Shown piece after piece: positions 19,667 to 31,422 of a DNA stretch of 64,000 bases. The position numbers were made by a program, and so were the translations under genes. The stretch is from Pseudomonadota bacterium. GTDB taxonomy: Bacteria > Bdellovibrionota_B > Oligoflexia > Oligoflexales > CAIYRB01. Within the stretch, counting starts at the first letter, position 1. Each line of letters opens with the position of its first letter. Location of the stretch: assembly GCA_031416315.1 (NCBI GenBank), contig JANOTL010000075.1:14688-78687 (forward strand). Direction: 5' to 3'. The notes under the pieces were generated by a model that was not told where the DNA came from, searched no databases, and saw only the letters and a program-made list of their open reading frames with translations.

Positions 19667-22252
19667 ATGACGACCGACCCCCAGAATTTCCCGTTGGCCC
19701 GCCGCCTCCCCGAGCGCGGCGCGCCTTTTGACTCCGGCTCCCTCCTCGACCTCTTTCTCGAGTACGTCACGGAGAAAGGGCTCACCCTCTATCCGGCGCA
19801 GGAGGAAGCGATCCTCGCCCTCTACGAGGGGCAGAACGTCATCCTCAACACGCCGACCGGCTCAGGGAAATCGCTGGTCGCGACGGCCTTGCACTTTCAC
19901 TCGCTCGCGCACGGCCGGCGCAGCTACTACACGTGCCCGATCAAGGCGCTGGTGAACGAAAAGTTCCTCGCGCTCTGTCAGGACTTCGGCCCCGACCACG
20001 TCGGCATGGTCACCGGCGACGCGACGGTCAACGGCAACGCGCCGATCATCTGCTGCACGGCGGAGATCCTATCGAATTTGAGTTTGCGCGAGGGCGCGCG
20101 GGCGCCGGTCGACGACGTGATCATGGACGAGTTCCACTACTACTCCGACCGCGAGCGCGGCGTCGCTTGGCAGGTGCCGTTTTTGACCCTGCCGAAAGCG
20201 CGCTTCATGCTGATGTCGGCTACGCTCGGCGACATGAGCTTCTTCGAGGCCGAGCTGACCAAGCGCACCAGCCGCGACACGGCCTACGTGCGCTCGGTCG
20301 ACCGGCCCGTGCCTCTGACCTTCGTCTACCAGGAGACGCCGCTGCACGAGACGGTGCAGGACCTGGTGAAGACCGGCAAGGCGCCCGTCTACCTCGTCTG
20401 CTTCACGCAGCGCGAGGCGGCCGAGGAAGCGCAGAACCTCCTCTCCGTCGAGCTCTGCACGAAAGAGGACAAGCAGCGGATCGCTGCCGCGTTGGAAGGT
20501 GTGCGGTTCACGAGCCTCTTCGGCAAGGACGTCCAGAAGCTGGTGAAGCACGGCGTCGGCCTCCATCACGCTGGGCTTTTGCCGCGTTACCGGCTCCTCG
20601 TCGAGAGGCTGGCGCAAAAGGGCCTCCTGAAGGTCATCTGCGGCACCGACACCCTGGGCGTCGGCGTCAACATCCCGATCCGCACCGTGCTCTTCACCAA
20701 GCTGTGCAAGTACGACGGCGAGAAGACGGGCCTCCTCTCGGTCCGCGACTTCCAGCAGATCGCCGGCCGCGCCGGGCGCAAGGGCTTCGACGACCAGGGC
20801 CTCGTGGTGGCGCAGGCCCCCGAGCACGTCATCGAGAATCTGCGCATGGAGCAAAAGGCCCTCTCGGACCCGAAAAAAGCCAAGAAGATGGTGCGGAAGA
20901 AGCCCCCCGAGAAGGGCTTCGTGATGTGGACGAAGGATACCTTCGAGAAGCTCATCAGCTCGGCCCCCGAGCCGCTTCAGTCGCGCTTCTCCGTCTCCCA
21001 CGGCATGCTCCTCAACGTGATCTCGCGCCCGGGCAAGCCGGGCGAAAGCTGCGCCGCGATGCGCCAGTTGATCCGCGACTCGCACGACACGCCGGTCGCG
21101 AAGCAAAGGCACGGGAAGCTCGCCTTCCAGATGTTCCGCTCGCTCGCCACCCGCGGCATCATCGAGTTCGTCGACGAAGGCGCGAAGAAAAAGGGCCTGC
21201 GCGTCAATTTGAACCTGCAGGACGACTTCTCGCTCCACCATGCGCTCTCGCTCTACCTCGTCGACACGGTCAAGCTCTGCGACCCGTACAGCCCGAGCTA
21301 CGCTTTGGACATCGTCACGCTCGCCGAGGCGATCATCGAGAATCCGGACTTGATCTTGCGCAAGCAGCTCGACGTGGTGAAGACGCGCCGCATGTTCGAG
21401 ATGAAGGCGGAAGGCATCGAGTACGACGAGCGCATCGCCGAGCTGGAGAAGCTCGAGTACCCGAAGCCGAACCGCGAGTTCATCTACGAGAGCTTCAACC
21501 AGTTTGCGGCCAAGCACCCCTGGATCGGCCAGGAGAACATCCGACCGAAGTCGATCGCGCGCGAGATGTACGAGAACTTCATGAGCTTCCAGGAGTACGT
21601 GCGCGAGTACGAGCTTCAGCGCTCGGAAGGCTTGCTCCTGCGCTATCTCTCCGAAGTTTACAAGGTCGTCGTGCAGACCGTGCCGAGCGCCGCGAAAGAC
21701 GAGGAGATGGAGTCGATCGTCGCCTACTTCGGCGGCATCGTCCGCCAGGTCGACTCCACCCTGCTCGACGAGTGGGAGAAACTGAGAAACCCCGGAGCCA
21801 GGACCTCCGCGCCGGCCGCCGAAGATCCCGACGCCGACATGGAGAAGCGCGAGAAGCTGGACATCACGAAGAACCCGCGCGAGTTCACCATCCTGGTACG
21901 CAACGAGGTGTTCCAATACGTGAAGTTCTTGAGCTGGGGACGGATCGACCTTCTCGGCGAGCACGTGCGCGACGCGGACGCGCTTCCCGCCTTGACGCCG
22001 GATCAGCTGAAGGAGCGGCTCGCGACCTATCACGAGGACCATCGCGGGCCCTTGCTCGATCGTACGGCGCGGCATACGCAGCACCTCAAGGTCGAGACCG
22101 ACGCCGAGAACGCGGAGCTCTGGAATTTGACGCAGACCCTGCTGGACGAGGACGGGCACAACGACTGGTGTCTCGAGCTCACGGCCGACCTCGCGGCATC
22201 GCGAGCGGCCGGGCGGGCGGTGGTGCGCCTGCGGGATTTCCGCGCTATTTGA
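19667..22252 (+). CDS. Ski2/HelY-like DEAH-box helicase with C-terminal DUF3516-like region
   Basis: [31 protein letters not shown]. Confidence 0.92.
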   Translation: MTTDPQNFPLARRLPERGAPFDSGSLLDLFLEYVTEKGLTLYPAQEEAILALYEGQNVILNTPTGSGKSLVATALHFHSLAHGRRSYYTCPIKALVNEKFLALCQDFGPDHVGMVTGDATVNGNAPIICCTAEILSNLSLREGARAPVDDVIMDEFHYYSDRERGVAWQVPFLTLPKARFMLMSATLGDMSFFEAELTKRTSRDTAYVRSVDRPVPLTFVYQETPLHETVQDLVKTGKAPVYLVCFTQREAAEEAQNLLSVELCTKEDKQRIAAALEGVRFTSLFGKDVQKLVKHGVGLHHAGLLPRYRLLVERLAQKGLLKVICGTDTLGVGVNIPIRTVLFTKLCKYDGEKTGLLSVRDFQQIAGRAGRKGFDDQGLVVAQAPEHVIENLRMEQKALSDPKKAKKMVRKKPPEKGFVMWTKDTFEKLISSAPEPLQSRFSVSHGMLLNVISRPGKPGESCAAMRQLIRDSHDTPVAKQRHGKLAFQMFRSLATRGIIEFVDEGAKKKGLRVNLNLQDDFSLHHALSLYLVDTVKLCDPYSPSYALDIVTLAEAIIENPDLILRKQLDVVKTRRMFEMKAEGIEYDERIAELEKLEYPKPNREFIYESFNQFAAKHPWIGQENIRPKSIAREMYENFMSFQEYVREYELQRSEGLLLRYLSEVYKVVVQTVPSAAKDEEMESIVAYFGGIVRQVDSTLLDEWEKLRNPGARTSAPAAEDPDADMEKREKLDITKNPREFTILVRNEVFQYVKFLSWGRIDLLGEHVRDADALPALTPDQLKERLATYHEDHRGPLLDRTARHTQHLKVETDAENAELWNLTQTLLDEDGHNDWCLELTADLAASRAAGRAVVRLRDFRAI

Positions 22253-23996
22253 GGCAGGCTTCCAGGTCCTCGTCGCGCAGGACCCGCGTGGCGCCGGTCA
22301 GCGCCAGGTGGTTGTTGTCGCGGTAGAGGATCGCGCCGTCCATCGCCGTACGGCAGAGCCCGTCCGGGCAAATGCGGCTCGTCAAGTCGACCGTCGTGAC
22401 CTCGGGGAATAGGGCGCCCGTCGCGATCACGGCGGCGTTGACGCGCGCGAAGTCCGGCCCGGCGTCGGCAAGCGGGATCTCGCAGTCATCACCGTATTTC
22501 AGCCGTTTCAAGAGGCCGCCGAGGATGCGGCGCGAATGGCACAGCGAGACGTCGAACGGGAATCCGGGGGCATCGCCGATCAAGACGACCCCGCGCCCCA
22601 GCTCGCGCAGGCTGCGCAGCGTCTCGCTGAGCGCGGTGCGCAGCTCGGGCGTGCCCACGTTTACGGAGTCCCACTTCCCGGCGAGAACGATGCAGCGAAA
22701 CTCCGGCCGATGGGTGAGCTCTTCGCGCAAGGCGAGGTTGCGTCGGTTGCAGGCTGGATCGACGGGCAAGCGGGCGAACAAGGGGCGGCAGGCCGATTGC
22801 ACGTGCTGCGCGGACCCGACGCCGCGGCGCGTAGCGATCGCCGCGATTGCCGGCGCAACGGCGTCGGCGTGCGAATCGCCAAGGATCAGCAGGCGAACGG
22901 GTGAGCTGGGTCCGGTCTCGCATTTCCGCGCCAATGAGCCCTCGAGCCCGGATTTGACGTCGCCGAAAATGCAGCGGAAACCCGGCGGCCGGGAATCTGC
23001 GTAGGCCTCACGTTGCATCGGCGTCAGGCGCTCGGGGAAGCCTTCGAACCGTACCAGGAGGACGCCCAAGACCGCCACGCCGGCGGCGCCGATGCCCAGC
23101 GTGCGCAGCCGTATCGTGCGGCCCGGCTCCTCGACGAAGCGCCAAGCGAGGTAAGCGAGCGCGAGCGAAGATCCCGCCGCCGCCGCATTCAACAGCGGCG
23201 TGTCGAGGGTGTTGCGCGCGTTCAGCCATCGACAGAACACGAGCGTCGGCCAATGCCAAAGATAGAGCGAATAGGAAATGCGGCCCACGGCGACGAGCGG
23301 GCGCACGGACAGGCCGCGCGCGAGCGGAGCATACGCACGCGCTAGCCAAGGGCGCTCGCGCCACGCGGTGCGGAAACTTTCTTGCGCGAGTAGAGCGCCG
23401 AGCCCCAGCTCCCATGCGCGACCAGGGAGGAGGTAGAACGCGTCCGTGGGCGCGTGCGTCTGTTGCCAGAGCCTAAGCCCGAGGCTCATGGCGACCACCG
23501 TCGCGATCGAGGCGAGCGGCGCTCTACGCCAAAAAAACAGCAGAAACGCCGGCCAAATCAGGTAGAACTGCTCCTCGATGCCCAAAGACCAGGTCATCAG
23601 CAGCGGGTTCAGCTCGTTGTTCACCGAGAAGTAGCCGCCCGGAAGGCCTGCCATCGCGACGTTCGCCGCTGACAGGAGAGTGGCGAGCATGAGCCGCCCC
23701 AGGTGCATCAGGTCCCACGCGCGCATCGTCGCTAGGCCGCCGAGGCCGGCGGCGAGGAGGACGGCCAGGAGATTCGGCAGGATCCGCCGCGCACGCCGTG
23801 CGTAGAAGCGTCGGAACGAGAACGTCCCCGCACGCAGCTCGTCCTGGATGATCGTCGTGATCAGATAGCCGCTGATCACGAAAAAAAGGTCGACGCCGTA
23901 GTAGCCGCGGCCGAAATAGGGCGCCTTGAAGTGGTAGAGGCAAACGGCGAGTACCGCGATCCCCCGCATTCCGTCGATGTCTGGGCGCCGCTCCAA
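22245..23996 (-). CDS. OafA-like acyltransferase-3 with SGNH domain (appears internally shortened)
   Basis: [59 protein letters not shown]. Confidence 0.88.
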   Translation of the reverse strand: MERRPDIDGMRGIAVLAVCLYHFKAPYFGRGYYGVDLFFVISGYLITTIIQDELRAGTFSFRRFYARRARRILPNLLAVLLAAGLGGLATMRAWDLMHLGRLMLATLLSAANVAMAGLPGGYFSVNNELNPLLMTWSLGIEEQFYLIWPAFLLFFWRRAPLASIATVVAMSLGLRLWQQTHAPTDAFYLLPGRAWELGLGALLAQESFRTAWRERPWLARAYAPLARGLSVRPLVAVGRISYSLYLWHWPTLVFCRWLNARNTLDTPLLNAAAAGSSLALAYLAWRFVEEPGRTIRLRTLGIGAAGVAVLGVLLVRFEGFPERLTPMQREAYADSRPPGFRCIFGDVKSGLEGSLARKCETGPSSPVRLLILGDSHADAVAPAIAAIATRRGVGSAQHVQSACRPLFARLPVDPACNRRNLALREELTHRPEFRCIVLAGKWDSVNVGTPELRTALSETLRSLRELGRGVVLIGDAPGFPFDVSLCHSRRILGGLLKRLKYGDDCEIPLADAGPDFARVNAAVIATGALFPEVTTVDLTSRICPDGLCRTAMDGAILYRDNNHLALTGATRVLRDEDLEACLK

Positions 23997-23997
23997 A

Positions 23998-24339
23998 CTA
24001 AGGTCGACCTCGAGCCATGGTCGTGAGCGCGCGCTCCCGCACCGCCCCCCGGTTCGCGCGGGAGACGCTCAGCTCCAGGCCGTTCACGAGCCGCACCCGC
24101 ATCCTCGGCCCGCCCTGCGCGGAGCGGACGGCGCTTTCGCGCACCAGCGTGTTGCGGTGCAGGCGCTTGAAGACCTTCGGATCGAGATGCGCCTCGAGGC
24201 GGTTCAGCGAGAGCTCGATTCGGTGCTCGGCATCCTTGGTGATGACGCAGGTGAAGTGGTCGCGGCTCGTGAAGCAGAGGATCTCGGACTCGTGCAGGAC
24301 GATGAGCTCGCGACCGCGGCGGACGGTGATGCGGTCCAA
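23998..24339 (-). CDS. LytTR DNA-binding domain, receiver domain absent (possible truncated gene)
   Basis: SLNRLEAHLDPKVFKRLHRNTLV, L.VSR. Confidence 0.75.
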   Translation of the reverse strand: MDRITVRRGRELIVLHESEILCFTSRDHFTCVITKDAEHRIELSLNRLEAHLDPKVFKRLHRNTLVRESAVRSAQGGPRMRVRLVNGLELSVSRANRGAVRERALTTMARGRP

Positions 24340-24435
24340 GGGGCACGCGCCGCGCGCGGCCTCGGCGCGCGTGGTGCGGCTCAGGGCTCGCGCCAGCGCT
24401 TTGTAGATACGCGCGCTCGTGGTGGCGCCCTTAGC

Positions 24436-24846
24436 TCAAAATTGCAGTAGCGACACGCCACTCTCGACGCTAGTCACGCCCCCGCGCTTCGGATCGAAGC
24501 TCGGGCGCAGCACGATGCGTCCAGGGGGCAAAGACTGGCCGTCCGCCAAGAGCGACCCGCCGGCGGGGTCGTTTACGGAGCCGAAGGCCGGAGCAAAGAT
24601 GATATAGGAGCCGAGGACGCTGCCGCCGAGGAAGCCTAGGGAGGCGCCCATGGCGACGTTGCGGAGTTCCTCCGTCGGGTATTTCGCGAAGGCGAGGGTC
24701 GCGGCGCCGAGCGCGGCCCCGAAGGCGGTGCAGTAGCCGGCGGTGACGAAGAGGTCCTGGAACTTCTCTTCCGTCGACTGCGCCGAGGCCGCCTTCGGGA
24801 CGAGGAAGCTCGCGACCAAGCTCAGGGCGGCGGCGGTGGAACGCAT
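24436..24846 (-). CDS. Small exported/membrane protein with glycine-zipper helices
   Basis: Signal peptide, GAALGAA and GASLGFLGG motifs. Confidence 0.7.
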   Translation of the reverse strand: MRSTAAALSLVASFLVPKAASAQSTEEKFQDLFVTAGYCTAFGAALGAATLAFAKYPTEELRNVAMGASLGFLGGSVLGSYIIFAPAFGSVNDPAGGSLLADGQSLPPGRIVLRPSFDPKRGGVTSVESGVSLLQF

Positions 24847-24873
24847 CGTGGACTCCTTGCGTATTTGTTAGAC

Positions 24874-24903
24874 ATTATACCCAGGCTTCACGGTCCCCGC
24901 CAA
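24874..24903 (-). promoter_or_regulatory. sigma70 promoter for the 24846 gene
   Basis: TTGGCG-N18-TATAAT. Confidence 0.5.
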
Positions 24904-24951
24904 AGCTCAATATCCCAAGCAAAAACCGCCGATTTCCGCCCGACGCCGGCG

Positions 24952-24980
24952 TTGACAAATGGCCTTCGTTGCACTAAGAC
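24952..24980 (+). promoter_or_regulatory. sigma70 promoter for rho
   Basis: TTGACA-N17-TAAGAC. Confidence 0.5.
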
Positions 24981-25086
24981 CGGATTCTAAACATCGTGCT
25001 TCCGTAGTCAGTTCTAGCCGCCGTCGGCCCAGCCAATAGCTCATTCCAAAAAAAATCCCACCTCATCGAAGCGAGCCAGAGATCCC

Positions 25087-26442
25087 ATGTCTGAAACGAC
25101 GGCGACTCCGAAGTCCAAGAAAGCCGCGCAAGCCAAGCAGGAAGACGAGGCCGCGCTGGCGCAGGCCCCGGAGACCAACTCCGACGTTCCCGAGATCAAT
25201 CTCAAGGAGCTGAAAGAGAAGCGCATTCCCGACCTGAACCGGGTCGCGAAAGAGCTCGGCATCGAAGGCGCCGCCAACATGCGCAAGCAGGAGCTGATCT
25301 TCAGCCTTCTGCAGGCCCAATCCGAGCGCGGCGGCGTCATCTACGGCGAAGGCGTCCTCGAGACCCTCCCCGACGGCTTCGGCTTCCTTCGCGCCCCCGA
25401 CTACAACTACCTTCCTGGTCCGGACGACATCTACGTCAGCCCGTCGCAGATCCGACGCTTCAACCTGCGCACCGGCGACACGATCTCCGGCCAGATCCGC
25501 CCTCCCAAAGATTCCGAGCGTTATTTCGCGCTCTTGAAGGTCGAAAACGTCAACGGCTCCGCGCCCGACCCCGACTTCGAGAAGATCATCTTCGACAACT
25601 TGACGCCTCTCTACCCGATGGAGAAGTTCAAGATGGAGTGGACGACCAAGAACCTCTCCACGAGGATCTTGGACCTGCTTGCGCCGATCGGCAAAGGCCA
25701 GCGCTCGCTCATCGTCGCCCCGCCGCGCACCGGCAAGACGATCCTTCTGCAAGACATCGCCTCGGCCCTGGCGAAGAACCATCCGGACGTCGTCCTGATC
25801 GTCCTTCTCATCGACGAGCGTCCCGAAGAAGTCACGGACATGGAGCGCTCCGTGCGCGGCGAGGTCATCAGCTCGACCTTCGACGAGCCTGCCCAGCGCC
25901 ACGTCCAAGTCGCCGAGATGGTGATCGAAAAAGCCAAGCGCCTCGTCGAGCACAAGAAGGACGTCGTCATCCTTCTCGACTCCATCACGCGCCTCGCCCG
26001 GGCCTACAACTCCGTCGTCCCCCCCTCGGGCAAGATCCTCTCCGGTGGCGTCGACTCGAACGCCCTGCACAAGCCGAAGCGCTTCTTCGGCGCCGCGCGC
26101 AACATCGAGGAGGGCGGCTCCTTGACTATCATCGCGACCGCGCTTATTGATACGGGCTCGCGGATGGACGAGGTCATCTTCGAGGAGTTCAAGGGTACCG
26201 GCAACATGGAGCTTCACCTCGACCGGAAGCTCTCGGAAAAGCGCACCTTCCCGGCCATCGACATCAACAAGTCGGGCACCCGGAAGGAAGATCTCCTGCT
26301 CCCGAAAGACGTGCTGAACCGCATGTGGATCCTCCGGAAGCTCCTGCAGCCGCTCAACACGGTCGATGCCATGGACTTCCTCTTGGACAAGATGGAAAAG
26401 ACGAAAACCAACGGCGAGTTCATCGACTCGATGAACGGCTGA
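25087..26442 (+). CDS. rho: Transcription termination factor Rho
   Basis: [41 protein letters not shown]. Confidence 0.99.
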   Translation: MSETTATPKSKKAAQAKQEDEAALAQAPETNSDVPEINLKELKEKRIPDLNRVAKELGIEGAANMRKQELIFSLLQAQSERGGVIYGEGVLETLPDGFGFLRAPDYNYLPGPDDIYVSPSQIRRFNLRTGDTISGQIRPPKDSERYFALLKVENVNGSAPDPDFEKIIFDNLTPLYPMEKFKMEWTTKNLSTRILDLLAPIGKGQRSLIVAPPRTGKTILLQDIASALAKNHPDVVLIVLLIDERPEEVTDMERSVRGEVISSTFDEPAQRHVQVAEMVIEKAKRLVEHKKDVVILLDSITRLARAYNSVVPPSGKILSGGVDSNALHKPKRFFGAARNIEEGGSLTIIATALIDTGSRMDEVIFEEFKGTGNMELHLDRKLSEKRTFPAIDINKSGTRKEDLLLPKDVLNRMWILRKLLQPLNTVDAMDFLLDKMEKTKTNGEFIDSMNG

Positions 26443-26465
26443 GAGCCAGAAGAAGGGTAAAGACC

Positions 26466-26669
26466 GTGAAAGCCAACATCCACCCGGAATACGTCGAAGC
26501 CACCGTGAGCTGCGCCTGCGGCCACAAGTTCACGACCCGCTCGACCCGCGCCGAGATCTCCCTCGAGATCTGCAGCAACTGTCACCCCTTCTTCACGGGC
26601 AAAGTGAAGTTGATCGACACGGCCGGCCGGATCGAGAAGTTCCAGAAGAAGTACGGCGCCAAGAAGTAA
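26466..26669 (+). CDS. rpmE: 50S ribosomal protein L31 (Zn-binding type)
   Basis: GTG start; IHPEY, CACG, CSNCHPFFTG. Confidence 0.97.
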   Translation: MKANIHPEYVEATVSCACGHKFTTRSTRAEISLEICSNCHPFFTGKVKLIDTAGRIEKFQKKYGAKK

Positions 26670-26693
26670 ACAGAAGAGAAGAAGTACGCAGAC

Positions 26694-27755
26694 TTGTTTG
26701 AGAGCCTCGAAGCCGTTGAGCGTCGCTACTTCGAGATCGAGGACTCTCTCGCTTCGGGGACGCTGAAGCCGCAAGATCTGACCCGGTTGACGAAGGAGCG
26801 CGCCTCGATCGAAGAGGTGGTCCGCTCCTACCGTCATTACCTCAATTTGCAGCTGAGCTTGGTCGAGGCGAAGACCATGCTCGGGAGCGAGAAGGACGCC
26901 GAGCTCCGCGCCATGGCGAAGGACGAGGTCGACAGCCTCTCCGAGCAGCTCGAGGCGCAGGAAAAGGCGCTCATCTTCCTGATGCTACCGAAGGATCCCA
27001 ACGACGCGAAGAACGTCATCCTGGAGATCCGCGCCGGCACCGGCGGGGAGGAGGCCTCGCTCTTCGTGGCCGACGTCTTGCGCATGTACACGCGCTACGC
27101 CGATAAGCACCGCTGGAAGATCGAGATGCTGTCCTCGACCGCCTCCTCCTCGGGAGGCTTGAAGGAAGTCATCTGCCTGATCGAGGGCCAAAACGTCTTC
27201 AGCCGCCTGAAGTTCGAGAGCGGCGTGCACCGCGTGCAGCGCGTCCCCGCGACCGAGGCGCAAGGCCGAATCCACACCAGCGCCGTCACCGTCGCCATCC
27301 TGCCGGAGGCGGACGACGTCGAGGTCACGATCCGCCCCGAGGACCTCGAGTTCACCGCGACGCGCAGCTCCGGCTCCGGCGGCCAGCACGTCAACACCAC
27401 CGATTCGGCCGTGCGGATCGTCCACAAGCCCTCGGGCGTCGTGGTCGAGTGCCAGGACGAGCGCTCGCAGCACAAGAACCGCGACAAGGCGATGAAGATC
27501 CTGAAGGCGAAGCTGTTCGAGAACGCGCAGCGCGAGCAGGACGACGCCATCAGCGCCTCGCGCAAGAGTCAAGTCGGCAGCGGCGACCGGTCCGAGCGCA
27601 TCCGCACCTACAACTTTCCGCAAGGTCGCTTGACGGATCATCGCATCAACCTCACCCTCTACAAGCTGGCCGACGTGATGGAAGGCGACATTGGCGAGGT
27701 GCTCGACGCCTTGGGCGCCCACCATCAGTCCGAACTCTTGAAACGGGGCTCTTGA
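26694..27755 (+). CDS. prfA: Peptide chain release factor 1
   Basis: PAT anticodon motif, [12 protein letters not shown]. Confidence 0.98.
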   Translation: MFESLEAVERRYFEIEDSLASGTLKPQDLTRLTKERASIEEVVRSYRHYLNLQLSLVEAKTMLGSEKDAELRAMAKDEVDSLSEQLEAQEKALIFLMLPKDPNDAKNVILEIRAGTGGEEASLFVADVLRMYTRYADKHRWKIEMLSSTASSSGGLKEVICLIEGQNVFSRLKFESGVHRVQRVPATEAQGRIHTSAVTVAILPEADDVEVTIRPEDLEFTATRSSGSGGQHVNTTDSAVRIVHKPSGVVVECQDERSQHKNRDKAMKILKAKLFENAQREQDDAISASRKSQVGSGDRSERIRTYNFPQGRLTDHRINLTLYKLADVMEGDIGEVLDALGAHHQSELLKRGS

Positions 27756-27759
27756 GGCG

Positions 27760-28680
27760 ATGCAGGACTACGAAAACGCGGAAGATCGTCCGGCCGCGCC
27801 GCTCGCCGAGTCGTGGACCATCCAGCGCGTCTTGACCTGGTCCACGAGCTATCTGAAAGAGCGCCAGCCCGATTCGCCGCGTCTGGACGCGGAGATCCTG
27901 CTCGGTCACGTCCTCGGGCTCTCGCGCATCCAGCTCTATACGAACTTCGACAAGCCGCTGAAGACCGACGAGCGCGAGCCCTTCAAAGAGCTGCTGCGCC
28001 GCCGCTTGGGCGGCGAGCCGGTCGCCTACGTCATCGGCAAGAAAGACTTCATGGGTCTCACCTTCGCCGTGACCCGCGACGTCTTGATCCCGCGTCCGGA
28101 CACCGAGGTGCTCGTCGAGCAGACCTTGGCCCTGACCAAGGATCGCGAGGCCGAGGCGCTGCGCATCCTCGACGTCGGCAGCGGCTCGGGCTGCGTCGCC
28201 CTCGCGCTGGCGAAGCGCCTGCCGGCGGCGACGGTCGAGTCCTGGGACGTGAGCGAGCCTGCCCTTGCCGTCGCGCGCGCCAACGCCGAGCGACTCGGCA
28301 TCACCGAGAACGCCTTCTTCGTGCGCCAAGACGCGCTGGCCGACGCGGCTTGGGACGATTCCGAACGGCTCGGCGCCTTCGACCTCGTCGTCTCGAATCC
28401 GCCCTACATCGGCGAGCGCGAGCGTGCGACCCTCTCCCCTTCGGTCGCGCGCTTCGAGCCGGACCAGGCGCTCTTCGCCGGCGAGGACGGGCTCAACTTC
28501 TACCGGCGCTTCGCGCGCTCGGCGCGCCGGCTCATGAAGCCCGGCGGCGTCTTCCTAGCCGAGATCGGTTACGCGCAGGCGGGGGACGTCACCGTCCTTT
28601 TCGCGGCCGAAGGCTGGAGCTCGGTCACCATTGCCAAGGATTACGCGAAGCACGACCGCGTGGTCATCGCTCGCGTTTGA
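27760..28680 (+). CDS. prmC: Release factor glutamine methyltransferase
   Basis: LIPRPDTE, LDVGSGSG, SNPPY; follows prfA. Confidence 0.96.
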   Translation: MQDYENAEDRPAAPLAESWTIQRVLTWSTSYLKERQPDSPRLDAEILLGHVLGLSRIQLYTNFDKPLKTDEREPFKELLRRRLGGEPVAYVIGKKDFMGLTFAVTRDVLIPRPDTEVLVEQTLALTKDREAEALRILDVGSGSGCVALALAKRLPAATVESWDVSEPALAVARANAERLGITENAFFVRQDALADAAWDDSERLGAFDLVVSNPPYIGERERATLSPSVARFEPDQALFAGEDGLNFYRRFARSARRLMKPGGVFLAEIGYAQAGDVTVLFAAEGWSSVTIAKDYAKHDRVVIARV

Positions 28681-28693
28681 GGGTTCGCCGCCG

Positions 28694-29824
28694 ATGTCCG
28701 ACGCCCCGATCTTCGAGAGTCCCGAGCCTACGCTGCCGCCGGTGAATTGGCGCCAGGCGCGTCGTTTTATCGTCTTCCTCGCGGTGGCGGCGGCCCTCGT
28801 CTTCGGGCTCGGCCTTTTCTATGCCTCGCTGGTCCTGCCGATCGGCGTCGGCGCCTTCCTCGCGTATCTGCTCTTGCCGCTCGTGGACAAGCTCGAAACC
28901 TTGCGCGTGAAGCGCGTTCTCGCGACGGCGGCGATCATTTTCGTCGCGCTCGGGATCATCGCGATCGCGGTCTCGCGCATGGCGCCCCTGCTTTACGTGC
29001 AGGTGCTCTACATCGTGAAGCTCCTGCCGAACGCGGTCGCCGCCGTGATGGAGAAATGGCGGCCGCTCGCCGAGCAGTACGTCGTCGACTTGGGCTTCAT
29101 GACGCCGGCCGAGATCCACGACCTCCTGTCTTACTCGAGCCTGCTCGGGAAGCTGCAGTCGCAGCTCCAAGCGGGAATCAGCGGCGTGTGGCGTACGGGT
29201 ACCTCCCTCGCCGGCGGGATGGTCAACATCGTGCTCATTCCCGTCGTTACCTTCTTCCTCCTCAACGACTACAGGGCGCTGCGGCGCGCGGCCCTTTCGC
29301 TCGTGCCGCAGGACCTGATCGTGCCGATGCAATTCGTGACGGCGAAGGTGAATCTCACCTTGCGCTCCGTGATCAAGGGCCAGGCGACGGTGGCCGCGAT
29401 TTTGGCTGGGCTCTATGTGATCGGCCTCACGGTCGTGGACCTGCAGTCGGCGATCGCCATCGGCGTCGTCGCGGGCGTTTGCCGCATCGTGCCCTACCTC
29501 GACGTCATCGTCGGCTTGACCTTGAGCATGGTCGTCCTGCTGTCGAATTTCGCCGGCTGGGGGCAGGTCGCCAGCGTCGTCCTCGTCTTCCTCGTCGTGC
29601 AGGCGATCGACGGAGCGTTCATCACGCCGCGCGTGATCGGCGAGCGCGTCGGCTTGCACCCGATGGTGGTGATCCTCTCGGTCTTGGCCTTCAGCGACCG
29701 GTTCGGCTTATGGGGCGTGATCGTGGCGATTCCGCTCGTCGCCATCGTCAAAGTCCTGCTCGAAGCCGCAGCGCCGTTCTATCGCGCCTCGCGCGCGTAT
29801 CGGGTGTGGAACTCGAACTCATAG
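28694..29824 (+). CDS. AI-2E family transporter
   Basis: LAYLLLPLVD, P.VIGERVGLHP, FGLWGVIVAIP. Confidence 0.9.
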   Translation: MSDAPIFESPEPTLPPVNWRQARRFIVFLAVAAALVFGLGLFYASLVLPIGVGAFLAYLLLPLVDKLETLRVKRVLATAAIIFVALGIIAIAVSRMAPLLYVQVLYIVKLLPNAVAAVMEKWRPLAEQYVVDLGFMTPAEIHDLLSYSSLLGKLQSQLQAGISGVWRTGTSLAGGMVNIVLIPVVTFFLLNDYRALRRAALSLVPQDLIVPMQFVTAKVNLTLRSVIKGQATVAAILAGLYVIGLTVVDLQSAIAIGVVAGVCRIVPYLDVIVGLTLSMVVLLSNFAGWGQVASVVLVFLVVQAIDGAFITPRVIGERVGLHPMVVILSVLAFSDRFGLWGVIVAIPLVAIVKVLLEAAAPFYRASRAYRVWNSNS

Positions 29825-30005
29825 AGTCTGGCCGCCTGGCCAACTCCCGGAAACCACCGGAAATTTGGCTGAATCTACGTGGTCAACAAATGCACACATG
29901 AATGTCCGAATTTTTCCGGGGTTCGCAGATGGACACCCGCCAATGTGTCCTTTATCGTCACATCAACTTACCCCTGAGTCCGAAGTTAATTTTTAGGAGG
30001 CCATC

Positions 30006-30479
30006 ATGAAGCTGATCAATTCGATCATCGCCAGCTCGCTCGTCTTTCTCGCCACGTCGGCATTCGCGGCCAGCCCGGTCGTCAAGTCGGTCGTCGCGGC
30101 TGACAAAGCCGACAGCAAAGCCTTCCGCGTTTGGTCCAGCGTTTGCGTCGGCAACCTCGCCGTCGAAGCGCCGGTCGCCGCCCAGTACGCCTACGTCACC
30201 GGCGCCGAAGGCGAAGAGATCCAGTGGACCGACCACACCTTCGAGCAGAACACCCTCTGGATCTTCTCGCAGCGCTTCCCGAACGACGTCGAGCCGATGC
30301 AGTTCAAAGTGAAGTTCATGAACGCCGAAGGCGAAGCCGGCCAAGAGCTGAGCTACGACCTCAACCAGACCGAGACCCGCTTCCGTCAAGGCAACTGCAA
30401 CAGCATCGAGAACTACAAGTTCGAGATGACCGACGCCGAAGTCCCGACCCTCGACCTGGTTCACGACATCGAAGAGTGA
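30006..30479 (+). CDS. Secreted hypothetical protein
   Basis: AGGAGG RBS, signal peptide ending AFA, strongly biased codons, own terminator. Confidence 0.8.
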   Translation: MKLINSIIASSLVFLATSAFAASPVVKSVVAADKADSKAFRVWSSVCVGNLAVEAPVAAQYAYVTGAEGEEIQWTDHTFEQNTLWIFSQRFPNDVEPMQFKVKFMNAEGEAGQELSYDLNQTETRFRQGNCNSIENYKFEMTDAEVPTLDLVHDIEE

Positions 30480-30509
30480 TTCGCGACTCCTGAGTCCTCT
30501 CAGGATGAG

Positions 30510-30537
30510 AACCCGGGCCAAGTGCCCGGGTTTTTTC
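30510..30537 (+). terminator. Intrinsic terminator
   Basis: AACCCGGGC-CAAGT-GCCCGGGTT followed by TTTT. Confidence 0.85.
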
Positions 30538-30632
30538 GTTAAAAAGAGGTAGCCGGCCGGCTGTCGGAGATGATAGAAGCCGGCTTTCCAAGGTTCTTTT
30601 TCCCCCACTGCCACGGATCGAGCGCCACGCGG

Positions 30633-31421
30633 ATGGAGCAGGATACCAGTCGGTTTTCGGAGCTCGCGCGGACTCTCAAGCGCGAAAAGCTGCCCCGCCA
30701 CGTCGCGATCATCATGGACGGCAACGGCCGCTGGGCGCGTGAACGGTCGAGACCGCGCGTGTTCGGCCATCGCAAGGGCGCCCAGAGCGTTCGCGCCGTC
30801 GTCGAAGGCGCCGACTTGCTGGGGATCAAGGTGCTCTCGCTCTTCGCCTTCAGCGAGGAGAACTGGGGCCGCCCGGAGCACGAGGTCGCGGCGCTCATGT
30901 CGCTCCTGAACACCTACCTTCGGTCCGAGCGCGCCGAGCTGAACAAGAACAACGTCCAGTTCCGCTACACGGGGCGGATCCAGCGTTTGCCGGAGAAGAC
31001 GCAGCGGATTCTTCGCGAGACGGCCGAGATGCTATCGGGTAACACCGGCCTCGTGCTCAACCTCGCGCTGAGTTACGGCGGCCGCTCCGAGATCGTCGAC
31101 GCCGCCCGCGATTTGGCGCGGCGCGTCCAGGCCGGCGAGCTCCGGCCGCAGGAGATCTCGAGCGAGCTCTTCCAGGAGAGCATCAGCAACGGCGACCTCC
31201 CGGACCCCGATTTGTTGATCCGGACGAGCGGGGAGCACCGCGTCTCGAACTTCATGCTCTGGCAGATCGCCTACACCGAGTTCTATTTTACGCCGGTACA
31301 CTGGCCGGACTTCGGCAAGGTCGAGCTCGCGCTCGCCATGCAGGATTACGTGCGGCGCCAGCGTCGCTTCGGGCTGATCGAGGACGAAGGCGAGCCGGTC
31401 GCCACGATGGACGAGGCCTGA
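30633..31421 (+). CDS. uppS: Undecaprenyl diphosphate synthase
   Basis: HVAIIMDGNGRWA, FSEENW, DLLIRTSGEHRVSNF. Confidence 0.97.
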   Translation: MEQDTSRFSELARTLKREKLPRHVAIIMDGNGRWARERSRPRVFGHRKGAQSVRAVVEGADLLGIKVLSLFAFSEENWGRPEHEVAALMSLLNTYLRSERAELNKNNVQFRYTGRIQRLPEKTQRILRETAEMLSGNTGLVLNLALSYGGRSEIVDAARDLARRVQAGELRPQEISSELFQESISNGDLPDPDLLIRTSGEHRVSNFMLWQIAYTEFYFTPVHWPDFGKVELALAMQDYVRRQRRFGLIEDEGEPVATMDEA

Positions 31422-31422
31422 G

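Noticed and set aside
19933..22326. Very long alternative-frame and antisense ORFs (also 4844-6925, 41422-43596, 60414-62267)
   Set aside because: Arg/Pro-rich shadow ORFs typical of high-GC DNA, overlapping well-supported genes
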